The notes beneath the pieces are model-generated. The model was given only the letters and a program-made list of their open reading frames with translations. It made no database searches and was not told the origin of the DNA. The position numbers and the translations under genes are program-made. From contig JACPGZ010000017.1 in NCBI GenBank assembly GCA_016188895.1, positions 2,538-66,537 of the forward strand: 64,000 nucleotides of DNA, read 5' to 3'. This DNA is from Candidatus Pacearchaeota archaeon (lineage in GTDB: Archaea > Nanobdellota > Nanobdellia > Pacearchaeales > GW2011-AR1). Below, one piece after another: positions 48,104 to 57,110 of the stretch. Within the stretch, counting starts at the first letter, position 1; every line of letters begins with the position of its first letter.

Positions 48104-48576
48104 ATTATTATTGCTATAACAACGAGGATTATTAGTATTAATACAAGCAAGACTATAGGATTATTATAATTTGCTCCTTGTTGATTAAACATGCCTTCCA
48201 TCATGCCACTAGAACCTATCATCCCTCTGTTCATCATCATGCTCATCATTCCTGTGCTCATTGCATCATGCTCTCCGCAATAAAATGCCTTGCCCATGCT
48301 GACATGAATTTGTTTCAAACTTGCTGATCCCTCGCCCCCCATCATCTCGTCCATCTGCTCATGTAACTCGCCAGGATGCATCTGCTCCATGTAATACTCG
48401 CCAATTACTTCGAGCTGATCGTCTGTGAGCTGGTTGCATTGAATTTTGCTCTTAATTAACTCTTCTGCCTTTGCAAAATCTTCTTCGCCATGAGCGCTTA
48501 CAATTGCAATTCCTATTAAGAAGATTGCAATAAATACACCTATTTTTGCTTTCATTTTATTCTTATGTTTTATCAT
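48073..48576 (-). CDS. Met/His-rich exported membrane protein (paralog of 33474-33971)
   Basis: Same MHPGELHEQMDEMMGGEGS core. Confidence 0.8.
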   Translation of the reverse strand: MIKHKNKMKAKIGVFIAIFLIGIAIVSAHGEEDFAKAEELIKSKIQCNQLTDDQLEVIGEYYMEQMHPGELHEQMDEMMGGEGSASLKQIHVSMGKAFYCGEHDAMSTGMMSMMMNRGMIGSSGMMEGMFNQQGANYNNPIVLLVLILIILVVIAIIIWLLKTNKRK

Positions 48577-48716
48577 ATTACTATTTTAAATATTAATAAA
48601 TATCTATATATAACTTTTAGGGTTGAAACCATCATAGCTAAAAGGCTTAAAAACCTTGTATATGCAGAAAGGAACGTTTATAAGCCAAATTAATTAATAA
48701 GTTAATTAGTATTTTG

Positions 48717-49223
48717 TTAAAAATTCTCTAAAAAATGCAATGTATAGGTTTTTCCTTTTTTTATTCTTTTAACAAGTTTTTTCTTTTCAAGTTGAGTTAC
48801 AATCTGGCTTGTTTTTGCTTTTGATAAATCAATGCGCAATTTTAATGTATTCTGGGTTATACCATCTTGCTCTCTAATTGATTTTAATGCTTTTTTTTCA
48901 TATTCATCAAGCCCTTTTGAAAGTATAGAGAATTTTTCCTCGCTAAGTTTTTTATTTTTATCATCTTCAAGTCTCTTCAAAATGCTTTCTTCTCCTTTAG
49001 AAAAGAACACAAGATAAATGCCAAGTGAAAGCAGGAATGCTAGTATGCCTATTACTGCATTTGATAATGTAAAGTAGTTTTGTATTCTTATACATTGAGA
49101 ATTTTGAGGAAAACATCCTGAATTGGTGCCGAGTACATTGAGTCTGCTTATAATGCCAATTATAATAATCCCGAGAAGAACACTAAGGATAATAAGTGCT
49201 ATACCTAACCTTTTATTTAGCAT
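48717..49223 (-). CDS. Membrane-anchored winged-helix regulator
   Basis: Two TMs, then GITQNTL..LSKAKTS..LEKK.LV.R.K.G. Confidence 0.8.
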   Translation of the reverse strand: MLNKRLGIALIILSVLLGIIIIGIISRLNVLGTNSGCFPQNSQCIRIQNYFTLSNAVIGILAFLLSLGIYLVFFSKGEESILKRLEDDKNKKLSEEKFSILSKGLDEYEKKALKSIREQDGITQNTLKLRIDLSKAKTSQIVTQLEKKKLVKRIKKGKTYTLHFLENF

Positions 49224-49376
49224 TTACTTAGATTAATTATCAAAATATATAAACTTTATGCAATTATGTTTGTTGAACAGTAATGATACCATGTTGTTCA
49301 TTTCAATTGAGTTTGAGTTTTACTTGGGGGTCGCTGTCAGGTGGCTCCGCCACATATTGCCTCACTTCGTGAGAAA

Positions 49377-49526
49377 TTATGTTTGAATAGCATGCTTTGT
49401 GATTTCAATATTGCAGCTATGATGCTCCTTGCACCACTTTTTTCATTTTTCTGCCCATCCTTTTTCTTTGTATGCAAAATTACATTCAGGATAGGTATAC
49501 AATTTGTTTTTTGTGACTTTGGTCAT
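49377..49526 (-). pseudogene. Third paralog of the small Cys-rich protein, with in-frame TGA
   Basis: MTKV..YTYPEC..WAEK*KKWCKEHHSCNIEITKHA; TGA at 49443-49445. Confidence 0.7.
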
Positions 49527-50038
49527 TTACACCACCTACATTTATTCTCTATAGATTTTGAAGTAGTGTATATAGATAGTATAATCAATGCAATTGCCAA
49601 CAAGAGAATCGGTGTTCTATATTCAACTATGAATGTTGTTGCAGTGCTTCCTATAACAGCCGCGATAATTACAAGGCAAGCAGGACAACCTGCAACCGCG
49701 CCTAATCCGCCAAAAAATCCGCTGGATATGCTGCCACCTGCCTCAACTATTGGTATTGGTTGAGCTTTATTTGTCTTAATTTCTTTTCGCAGATAAAGCT
49801 GCATGGCTATCCACATACCAAATAAAATTGTTAGTAGAATAATGAGGGTAACTTGTAAGGAACTGTTGGATAATACCGATTTAATCATCCCTATATCAGT
49901 AAGGATCTTCGGAGTGATAAAAGAAAATGAAATAATATACAGTGATAGCATTACCAATGCCGAGAATACAGCTATAAAGAAATATCTCCTTTTAGATAAG
50001 ACAATATACATGACTTTCAATATATTTATCTCTTTCAT
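49523..50038 (-). CDS. Membrane protein with GCPAC motif
   Basis: Four TMs, AGCPAC, terminal CRWC; resembles 47549-48103. Confidence 0.78.
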   Translation of the reverse strand: MKEINILKVMYIVLSKRRYFFIAVFSALVMLSLYIISFSFITPKILTDIGMIKSVLSNSSLQVTLIILLTILFGMWIAMQLYLRKEIKTNKAQPIPIVEAGGSISSGFFGGLGAVAGCPACLVIIAAVIGSTATTFIVEYRTPILLLAIALIILSIYTTSKSIENKCRWCK

Positions 50039-50061
50039 ATTCTCATATTCATCATTCTACC

Positions 50062-50208
50062 TTAAGCAAGTTCTTTTAATAGTAATTTTCGTGCTTCTGG
50101 AGAAAGCAGCTTCTTCAACTCTTTTGTACAAATGCAAATACAACATTCGCAACAAGGGCATTTTCCAAAATTGCAGCATGGTTCTCTTTTCTCTTTCTTT
50201 TCATTCAT
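50062..50208 (-). CDS. 48-aa Cys-rich metallothionein-like peptide (not in ORF track)
   Basis: MNEKKEKREPCCNFGKCPCCECCICICTKELKKLLSPEARKLLLKELA; GGGAGG upstream. Confidence 0.72.
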   Translation of the reverse strand: MNEKKEKREPCCNFGKCPCCECCICICTKELKKLLSPEARKLLLKELA

Positions 50209-50277
50209 TTTCTTTACCTCCCTTATAATAGTATATTTTATATACTTAATGAATTATATAAACTAGGCAGTTTCCAA

Positions 50278-50634
50278 ATGGTAAGCATAATAACAACAGA
50301 CGAAAATTGTAAAATGAAATCTGATAGTGGCCATTGCCCCAGACCGTTAGAATCTGTTTCTGATTTTCTCAGTAAGAAATGGGCAATCTCTATTATAATA
50401 ACTATAGGTAATTTTGGTAAATTAAGATTTAATAACATCATAGCAAGACTTGAAAATGCTACTCCAAAAATTCTTACCGAACGCTTGAAAGAATTAGGAA
50501 AAAATGGCATAATTCAACGGCGTTATTATAATGAGATACCTCCGAAAGTAGAATACTCTCTGACAAAGGTTGGAAAAGATTTAATGAATTCTCTTCGTCC
50601 TCTAATTAATTGGGCTGAGAAGAGAATTAAATAA
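50278..50634 (+). CDS. HxlR-family transcriptional regulator
   Basis: CPRP..KKW..LRFN..L..RLKEL..PPKVEYSLT..G. Confidence 0.92.
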   Translation: MVSIITTDENCKMKSDSGHCPRPLESVSDFLSKKWAISIIITIGNFGKLRFNNIIARLENATPKILTERLKELGKNGIIQRRYYNEIPPKVEYSLTKVGKDLMNSLRPLINWAEKRIK

Positions 50635-50670
50635 TCAATAAATTTAAATTAGCAAAATATATACCTTTTT

Positions 50671-51336
50671 ATGCATAAAGAAGCCGGAGTTGAAGATTAC
50701 TTAAAAGACATTGCTGGTCACAGGATTCTTACCAGAGATGAGGAGATTGAACTAACAAATAAGATTAGAAATGGCGATAATTATGCAAGAGAAACAATGA
50801 TTAATTCTAATCTTAAATTAGTGTTTAGTATTGCAAAACATTATGCACACAGAAAGATTGGATTAAATGATGCAATTGAAGAAGGCAACAAAGGCTTGAT
50901 TAAAGCTGTTGAGAGATTTGATCCCAGCAGAGGATATAAATTTTCTACATATGCTACATATTGGATTAGACAAGCTATAGAAAGGGTGTTAGGGCAGGAA
51001 GAAAAAAGGCTTAAAAGATTAGAGTTTATTTTTTATAATATGGAAGATAAGAATAACTTTGTAGACAGCATAGCTGATAATTCTCAAAGCCATGAAGAAG
51101 AGTTATTGAAAAATGAAAGATATTCTATATTAGAAGATTTGATGAATATGCTTGATGACAGAGCCAGGACAATTATTGAAATGAGATACGGACTTAATGG
51201 CTACCATCCTATGTCGCTTGTTGAGATTGGAAAGAGAATATATTTATCTAGGGAGAGAGTAAGACTAATTCAATATGAAGCTGAGCAAAAATTGAGGGGA
51301 ATTGCTAAAAATAGGGGTTTATCTGATATTGTTTAG
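50671..51336 (+). CDS. Sigma-70-family (RpoD/RpoS-like) protein with regions 1.2, 2 and 4
   Basis: YLKDI..LTRDEE, NLKLVFSIAKHY, EGNKGLIKAVERFDPSRGYKFSTYATYWIRQAI, RYGL..SLVEIG..LSRERVR.I. Confidence 0.93.
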   Translation: MHKEAGVEDYLKDIAGHRILTRDEEIELTNKIRNGDNYARETMINSNLKLVFSIAKHYAHRKIGLNDAIEEGNKGLIKAVERFDPSRGYKFSTYATYWIRQAIERVLGQEEKRLKRLEFIFYNMEDKNNFVDSIADNSQSHEEELLKNERYSILEDLMNMLDDRARTIIEMRYGLNGYHPMSLVEIGKRIYLSRERVRLIQYEAEQKLRGIAKNRGLSDIV

Positions 51337-51376
51337 CAAGCGATAAATTTAAATATCTGCATGAATTTTTCATGTC

Positions 51377-51499
51377 ATGAAAAAAGGCAAACATCCTAAA
51401 GGTGGACATCATAAGAAAAAGGGGAAGAAGGAAAGCTATGAGAAAAAAGAAGAGACGGAATCTGGTGATGCAATGATGTCTTCTGGCGAAGATATGTAA
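51377..51499 (+). CDS. Possible 40-aa basic/acidic peptide
   Basis: MKKGKHPKGGHHKKKGKK..EDM; TTTAAA box upstream; 3' end overlaps primase gene antisense. Confidence 0.4.
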   Translation: MKKGKHPKGGHHKKKGKKESYEKKEETESGDAMMSSGEDM

Positions 51500-52239
51500 C
51501 CGGGAATAAAGGTTAAATTATCTGGGCTGAATTTTGAAATATCCTTCAAGTCTAGTGGTGTAACTATTCTTGATGACAAAGAATTAAGTGTATATGGCAA
51601 TCGTATCAGATGGATTCTGCCATGACTAACCCATGGATCAATTGCAAATTTTTTATATTTCTTGTTCAAAGAATTGCGCTGTTTTAATGTCAGGTAATAA
51701 GCATTCTTGTCAAGAACATGAACGTGAGCGCCTCTTCCTGAAAATACAACTTTAACATCGCTGAATTGTTTTTTCAGTTCAAGATAAAAATTATATGTGT
51801 TCTGTATTGCAATTTTTGAGCATGCCTCACAAAAATCATGTGCAGATTTTTTTGCGCATTCCTTGCATTTAATGTTTTCAGGGTCAATGTCAAAAACCAA
51901 TTCCTGGCCAAGATAATTAGTTGACAGATGTGCTTTCTTGAAATCAAAATTTTTAATACATAGATTAGCATCTTTGTATATGTCTCTGTCATAATAGACA
52001 TCTTCTGGCAGATAAAAAATCAATTTTTTCCTAAGCTCTTTTAAAGATAGATTCGGCTTGAAATAAATTAATTTTCCTTTTTTTGATTTGTCTTTGATAA
52101 TTCCAGAGTCTGTTCCGCAGTCAATTGCAAAAAAGCATGGCTTAAATGGAAGCTGATTTAACCATGATTCAACTTTTTTAATATCAAACTCCTTTTCATA
52201 GAATTCTTTTCTCTCTTGAAGAGTTGCTGGGCGGAACAT
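51436..52239 (-). CDS. priS: DNA primase catalytic subunit PriS-like
   Basis: ELVFDID, FSGRGAHVH, RLPYTLN. Confidence 0.85.
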   Translation of the reverse strand: MFRPATLQERKEFYEKEFDIKKVESWLNQLPFKPCFFAIDCGTDSGIIKDKSKKGKLIYFKPNLSLKELRKKLIFYLPEDVYYDRDIYKDANLCIKNFDFKKAHLSTNYLGQELVFDIDPENIKCKECAKKSAHDFCEACSKIAIQNTYNFYLELKKQFSDVKVVFSGRGAHVHVLDKNAYYLTLKQRNSLNKKYKKFAIDPWVSHGRIHLIRLPYTLNSLSSRIVTPLDLKDISKFSPDNLTFIPGYISSPEDIIASPDSVSSFFS

Positions 52240-52277
52240 AAAATTAGATGTTGTAATGGTTTAAAATGATTTTGGAT

Positions 52278-52427
52278 TTAACCCAATTTATCAAGAAACA
52301 GCTGCAATATTCCAAATAAGATAAGATAAAAGCCAATTGCAAGCCTTATGAGCTTTGGCCAGATTAAAATCAAAATTCCTATAATTATTGCTAAAACAGC
52401 AGATATTGTTAAGACTATGGTTGGCAT
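52278..52427 (-). CDS. DUF3096-like small membrane protein (49 aa)
   Basis: IIGILILIWPKL....IG.YLI..GIL. Confidence 0.75.
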   Translation of the reverse strand: MPTIVLTISAVLAIIIGILILIWPKLIRLAIGFYLILFGILQLFLDKLG

Positions 52428-52487
52428 GAATGCTAATGGGAGAAGGGATTTATAAAATTATGTAACAACTTTTGAATGCTTTTAATT

Positions 52488-52892
52488 CTAATTTATCAAA
52501 CCTTCTTTTATTAAATCTGGAATTAATCCTTTTTCATTCTCTTCGATCATAGGATACTTCTTTGTAAGAAAGTCATCTTTTCCATACCAAACAATAGATT
52601 CAATTTCCTTATCTGCTTTTGGTTCTCCTTTTGCTTCTACTAAAAAACATTTTGTTTCTGTCATCCAATTATTGCTATAAGGAGATTGCATAAAATACTC
52701 TCTGAAAAATACCATTGATTGTAGATCTAAATTTATTTCTTCTTTTAATTCCCTTTTAAGAGTCTCTTCTTCAGATTCCCCTTCTTCTCTCTTTCCACCT
52801 GGAGTCCAAAGTTCAGAATAACCTTTTCCTTTAACTAAAAGAAGTTTATTATTTTTTATTATAAGAGCTACAATCCTATGCCTAATGTTCAT
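52488..52892 (-). CDS. NUDIX hydrolase
   Basis: PGGKREEGESEEETLKRELKEE Nudix box. Confidence 0.92.
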   Translation of the reverse strand: MNIRHRIVALIIKNNKLLLVKGKGYSELWTPGGKREEGESEEETLKRELKEEINLDLQSMVFFREYFMQSPYSNNWMTETKCFLVEAKGEPKADKEIESIVWYGKDDFLTKKYPMIEENEKGLIPDLIKEGLIN

Positions 52893-52982
52893 ATTATCTT
52901 AAGAAAGGACTAATTTTATATATTTATTCAATTTCTAAATAACATAGGGAATAAATTTTTATACAAGTATGTATTAATATAA

Positions 52983-53246
52983 ATGCAAAAAAGAGATAAA
53001 ATGCCAAGATTATGGATTCAAAAAACAGGTCTGAAAAAAGATGTATTTAGCAATCAGCTTGGCATTCCTCCTAAACAAAAGATTCCAATGTCCTTACTTA
53101 ACAGGATAATTGCTGCAAAACCTGGAGACATGGTTAAAAATCCTTCAAAGATTGGCAAAAAGTCAATTAAAGTTACTCCTTTACTTAAAAAGAGGGCAAT
53201 TCTTGTGAGGAATTTGAAAAGAATTTCTGAAGCTAGGAAGAGATGA
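52983..53246 (+). CDS. Small basic hypothetical protein
   Basis: WIQK..KK..QLGIP..KIP..KKRA.L..NL. Confidence 0.7.
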   Translation: MQKRDKMPRLWIQKTGLKKDVFSNQLGIPPKQKIPMSLLNRIIAAKPGDMVKNPSKIGKKSIKVTPLLKKRAILVRNLKRISEARKR

Positions 53247-53265
53247 TAATTATGAAGCAGAAAAA

Positions 53266-53784
53266 CTAGCCATTCAGTTGCCAGACATTACCATTATGTA
53301 CCATTGGAACATTTCCACAACTATCAAAAGCCTGTGCTTGAATTTCAATACAAACCATAACTTCTGAATAATCTACATCTGGAAGTGTTGCACGCGTATC
53401 AAGCAATTGAATTTCCCATTTATCTGGAAATATCTTCAATTCGAATCTTTCTAAACCTGTTTCAGACCTGCCTAAATCGTTCAATCTGTAAGTTGTTCCA
53501 TCTGTAGTTGAAAGCCCTTCAGCTGGTATAAATCTAGCATAATGTAAGCATGGAGGAAGAGGGCAATCAGCTAGAGTGAAAATTTCAAAAAAACTATCTG
53601 CTGGAGTCTGTGAAAGCGGCGTCACTGGTGTTATTGTAGCGTCTAAAGAAACCTTTTCAGTACCTTCGCTTGTACCACCAATAACTAGTCTTAGATTATT
53701 AACATTAACTGCCAAAGCAGCGAGTACAATAGATGATAGAACTGTTATAGTTAATACAAATGATAAAAGAATGATTTTTTTCAT
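53266..53784 (-). CDS. Secreted hypothetical protein
   Basis: Signal peptide; ADSFFEIF segment. Confidence 0.7.
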   Translation of the reverse strand: MKKIILLSFVLTITVLSSIVLAALAVNVNNLRLVIGGTSEGTEKVSLDATITPVTPLSQTPADSFFEIFTLADCPLPPCLHYARFIPAEGLSTTDGTTYRLNDLGRSETGLERFELKIFPDKWEIQLLDTRATLPDVDYSEVMVCIEIQAQAFDSCGNVPMVHNGNVWQLNG

Positions 53785-54104
53785 AAATAAAATAGATATC
53801 TGAAATTCTTAAATTTATCGGTGTTTTTTGGCAATGATTATTAAATCGATAGCTTTAAATATAGGATATTTATCAAAATTCCATGGCAAGAAAAGCAAAA
53901 GAAAAAAAACAACCAGAGCAACCACAAGCAGAACAAGAGAAGCCAGCTGAACAAGAAACTCAAGAAGAGATGTAGTTAATTCTGCAGAAACTGGGAATTA
54001 ATTTGAATTAAATGTTAATATGTTAATTGATTTAGTGATTTAAGCGAACTTATTCTTAGAGTGAAGAAAAAAATATTTATATAGTATAGCCTATTGTTTT
54101 ACAT

Positions 54105-54299
54105 ATGGAACAATGGGAAAAAGATAGTGGGAAGTTTAAAAGTGATTGTAGGAAAAGTTATCCAGTACCAAGAGAAGAACAAAGGACTGAATATTGTAAA
54201 ATATGTGAGAAATATTATACTCCTTCTGAAATGTTTAAAAGTGGAATATGCAGGGATTGTGATTTGGATGATTATTTAAATAATTATTCTGAAGATTAA
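54105..54299 (+). CDS. Small zinc-ribbon protein flanked by direct repeats
   Basis: CKIC..CRDC. Confidence 0.6.
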   Translation: MEQWEKDSGKFKSDCRKSYPVPREEQRTEYCKICEKYYTPSEMFKSGICRDCDLDDYLNNYSED

Positions 54300-54424
54300 G
54301 AATTTGGGCTGGTAAAATAAAGTTTGCAACTAAAACGGCTTTTAATGGCTCAAGGGAACTACCATACACTGAAGTGTATGGCGTCCACAAGTCAATTCAG
54401 AACTTATTCTTAGTGTTAAAAGTT

Positions 54425-54931
54425 TTATTCTAGGATTATAAACCTTTTATCATCTTTGTAATTCTTAAAGAATTCGTCGTCTTTATACTTTTCAAGAATG
54501 ATGTATCCTTTGTCTTTAAGAAATGAGTTAATCTCTTTTCTGAATCTACGGTCATGAATCATTTTATGATGGTTTGGACATAAACCAACTAGATTGGAGT
54601 CAGCGTTATTTTCATGATTATGATCTAAATGATGAAGATCTATAATTTTATCAAAACCACAGATAATACAGCTTGAAGTAATCTTTCTATATTTTTCTCT
54701 CTCAATATTATGGGATTTTATTATATTTTGTTCTTTAACCTTTTCTATATGGAAAACAGAGTTGTAGCAACCATCACATAATCCTTTAGCATGCATTGGT
54801 TTTTCTCTTCCACACCTTTTACAAGTTATTAACTTTGGTTGCCAAATTAATTTTTTATAACAAGTAGTACACATCTGTTTAGCATGATGTTCAACCTCTT
54901 TTTTACAATTTTTACAAATAATAATATTCAT
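54425..54931 (-). CDS. Zn-finger HNH-type nuclease-like protein
   Basis: Two CxxC..HAK..CxxCY repeats, then CIICG..HHLD.N..N..NL..LCPNHH..IH. Confidence 0.82.
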   Translation of the reverse strand: MNIIICKNCKKEVEHHAKQMCTTCYKKLIWQPKLITCKRCGREKPMHAKGLCDGCYNSVFHIEKVKEQNIIKSHNIEREKYRKITSSCIICGFDKIIDLHHLDHNHENNADSNLVGLCPNHHKMIHDRRFRKEINSFLKDKGYIILEKYKDDEFFKNYKDDKRFIILE

Positions 54932-55037
54932 AAATTAATTAATCCGTTCGCATATATAAATATTTATTCCAACTTTAGAATGATTACGTTCGCATACTTA
55001 ATTACAGAACTACTCTTAATGGAGCTTGTGCGAAGGT

Positions 55038-55496
55038 TTAGGGATTATAGGGAAAATCAATATAATAAAAACTTATTTTTTGCGATTTTGGGAATCGATA
55101 AGGGTGCTTGATATATTTAATCCATTCTGAATGAATCCTAAAATCAACTAATTCGCTTAATCTTTCAAGTATTTCCTTTTGGCCTACTAACAACTCTTTT
55201 ATTCTATTAACCTTAAAACGTGAAGTATATGCAGGATGTGTTCTACCAAAAATTTTATCTCCTATTGCGAAAGAAGGATAAATCATAATTGGAGAGGGTT
55301 CTTGAGATAATTGAATGGAAGACCAGCCAGATACATCAATGTATGATACTACCCCTAGTGTAAATGGTCTTTGTTCTTTTGTTGTTCTATTTTGTTGTGG
55401 GCAGGGTCTTATCAATACAAGATCTCCTTCATTGACATCTATTGGTTTGGTAATTCTTTCTGGTAAGCTTTGGATGATTAATTCTAGTTGTGTCAT
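55038..55496 (-). CDS. Hypothetical protein
   Basis: 152-aa ORF. Confidence 0.6.
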   Translation of the reverse strand: MTQLELIIQSLPERITKPIDVNEGDLVLIRPCPQQNRTTKEQRPFTLGVVSYIDVSGWSSIQLSQEPSPIMIYPSFAIGDKIFGRTHPAYTSRFKVNRIKELLVGQKEILERLSELVDFRIHSEWIKYIKHPYRFPKSQKISFYYIDFPYNP

Positions 55497-55596
55497 GGAA
55501 GAAGTCAGATTAGTTATTTTTAAATTTATCTATTAACACGAACTTTTTGCTGATGCGAAAAGTTCTGCGAGAAGTGAGGAAGTTTTAGCTATAAGA

Positions 55597-55803
55597 TTAG
55601 GTTGTAAGATTTTCAACAGACACATTAGACAGAAGATTTTTTGGAATGTGCTTGCTTACGAAAAGAAGTTCTATGCCTATGACATTGCCCTTTTCATCTA
55701 GATTCAGAATGGTGTTTTGATCTATAATCTTAGTCTTACTAAATTTTTCATTCGTTAATTTGATGTATATTGCATCTGCTTCTTTATCATATGTTATTTT
55801 CAT
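55597..55803 (-). CDS. DUF2283 protein (putative antitoxin)
   Basis: ITYDKEADAIYI..LDEKGNVIGIE. Confidence 0.9.
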   Translation of the reverse strand: MKITYDKEADAIYIKLTNEKFSKTKIIDQNTILNLDEKGNVIGIELLFVSKHIPKNLLSNVSVENLTT

Positions 55804-56009
55804 AGTGGATATACGGTAATGACTTTTATATATTTTTCTCTTATATAAACAACTTCTATAATTGCTCTGCCTATATTCTTCCTTGCATAATAAACATTAT
55901 TGATTTTATTAATCATTTCTGCATATTTAATTGTTGAAATTACCTCGTCTTCCAAGATATTTCTCTCCCTCATTTGCTCTTTTGCATGTTTGGTAAACTC
56001 TATATGCAT
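55800..56009 (-). CDS. DUF4258 protein (putative RelE-like toxin)
   Basis: FTKHAKEQMRER.I..VITVY. Confidence 0.88.
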   Translation of the reverse strand: MHIEFTKHAKEQMRERNILEDEVISTIKYAEMINKINNVYYARKNIGRAIIEVVYIREKYIKVITVYPL

Positions 56010-56152
56010 CGGTGAATAAAATGAAGCTTATATAAATAATTTCTCATCCCGAGCGCGCTCGGGCTTCGCCCTCGCTTGTTATCACCAGAAATCTTAGGAT
56101 TTTGCTCGGAATTTGAGAATTAAACGAACATTAAAATTGAAAATAAAGAAAT

Positions 56153-56404
56153 TTAGGATTCGCCTGTTATTTCTCTTTTAAGTTTATTTGCCTCTGCTTT
56201 ACGTCTTAAAAACATATAACAATCTAAAAAACCTAGTTTATACCCCTGTGCATGATCGTGTGTTCTCATCCAATCATGAAGCTGTTTGTTGTCTTTTTTT
56301 AATCTCTCTTCTTCTTCATTTCTATATTTTTGTGCTAAAAAATAAGCCATTGATTCCAAATCAACAACTGATAAGCCTTCTGGTGTATATTTTTCATCTG
56401 TCAT
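56153..56404 (-). CDS. Hypothetical protein
   Basis: ATG 56404; 83 aa. Confidence 0.5.
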   Translation of the reverse strand: MTDEKYTPEGLSVVDLESMAYFLAQKYRNEEEERLKKDNKQLHDWMRTHDHAQGYKLGFLDCYMFLRRKAEANKLKREITGES

Positions 56405-56552
56405 AAAGTATACAGGAAATCTTTGTTTTAAAAATCTATCGTTTAACCGAACTTTATTGTTATGCTGGAAGTTGTTGGAAAAACGCAAAAGCTTTAGCTT
56501 AAAAGATATTAAAAAATAAAAATTAGAAGAAGTGGGAAAGAATAAGTTGTAT

Positions 56553-56720
56553 TTATCTTTTCATTAGCTTGTAGTTTCTTAAAAGTTTGGTAATGCCAAT
56601 TACAAGAAATGATAATCCAATAAGCCAATTGCTGACATTAGCTGGGAGATTAACGTTAATTAAAGGCAGTACCCAAAGCACACCTATAAGAGTTATAAGC
56701 CAAGCTGTTGTCTTCGCCAT
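56553..56720 (-). CDS. Small two-TM membrane protein (55 aa)
   Basis: MAKTTAWLITLIGVL..IGITKL; AGGAGG upstream. Confidence 0.7.
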   Translation of the reverse strand: MAKTTAWLITLIGVLWVLPLINVNLPANVSNWLIGLSFLVIGITKLLRNYKLMKR

Positions 56721-56843
56721 TTTAGTTTATTCTACCTCCTTTTTTAATAATATAATGATGCAAAAGAGGTTTATAAAATCTTGCTTTGTCTAGTATAAAA
56801 TTAGGTTTGAAAAATACGAACTTTTATGATGCTTTATAAAGCT

Positions 56844-56978
56844 TGTGTTGGAAAATGTGTTGGGTTTTGTGTTGGAGTTTATTTGACGACGATAAAATTG
56901 GGTGTTGAAAGGTGTTTAAGGGTGTTTAGACAGCTGTCTAAAGGGTTTTTTCGGTGTTGAAAAGGGTGTTTAAAACAG
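56844..56978. repeat. Non-coding iteron-like arrays: 3x TGTGTTGG (12-bp period) then 5x GGTGTT[G/T]A
   Basis: Seen directly; both motifs recur inside the two downstream genes. Confidence 0.85.
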
Positions 56979-57110
56979 ATTTTTCTGTGATTTTGATGAT
57001 TGGACACTATAAAAACATGATCAAAAATGATTGCTTTAAAATAAACAATTTATCGACGATATTGGCATTGAGTGGAAAAGATTTATAAAGAAGAATTTGG
57101 TTAATTAATT

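Noticed and set aside
53883-53975. 30-codon ORF MARKAKEKKQPEQPQ...
   Set aside because: Too short and low-complexity to support, though it may be real.
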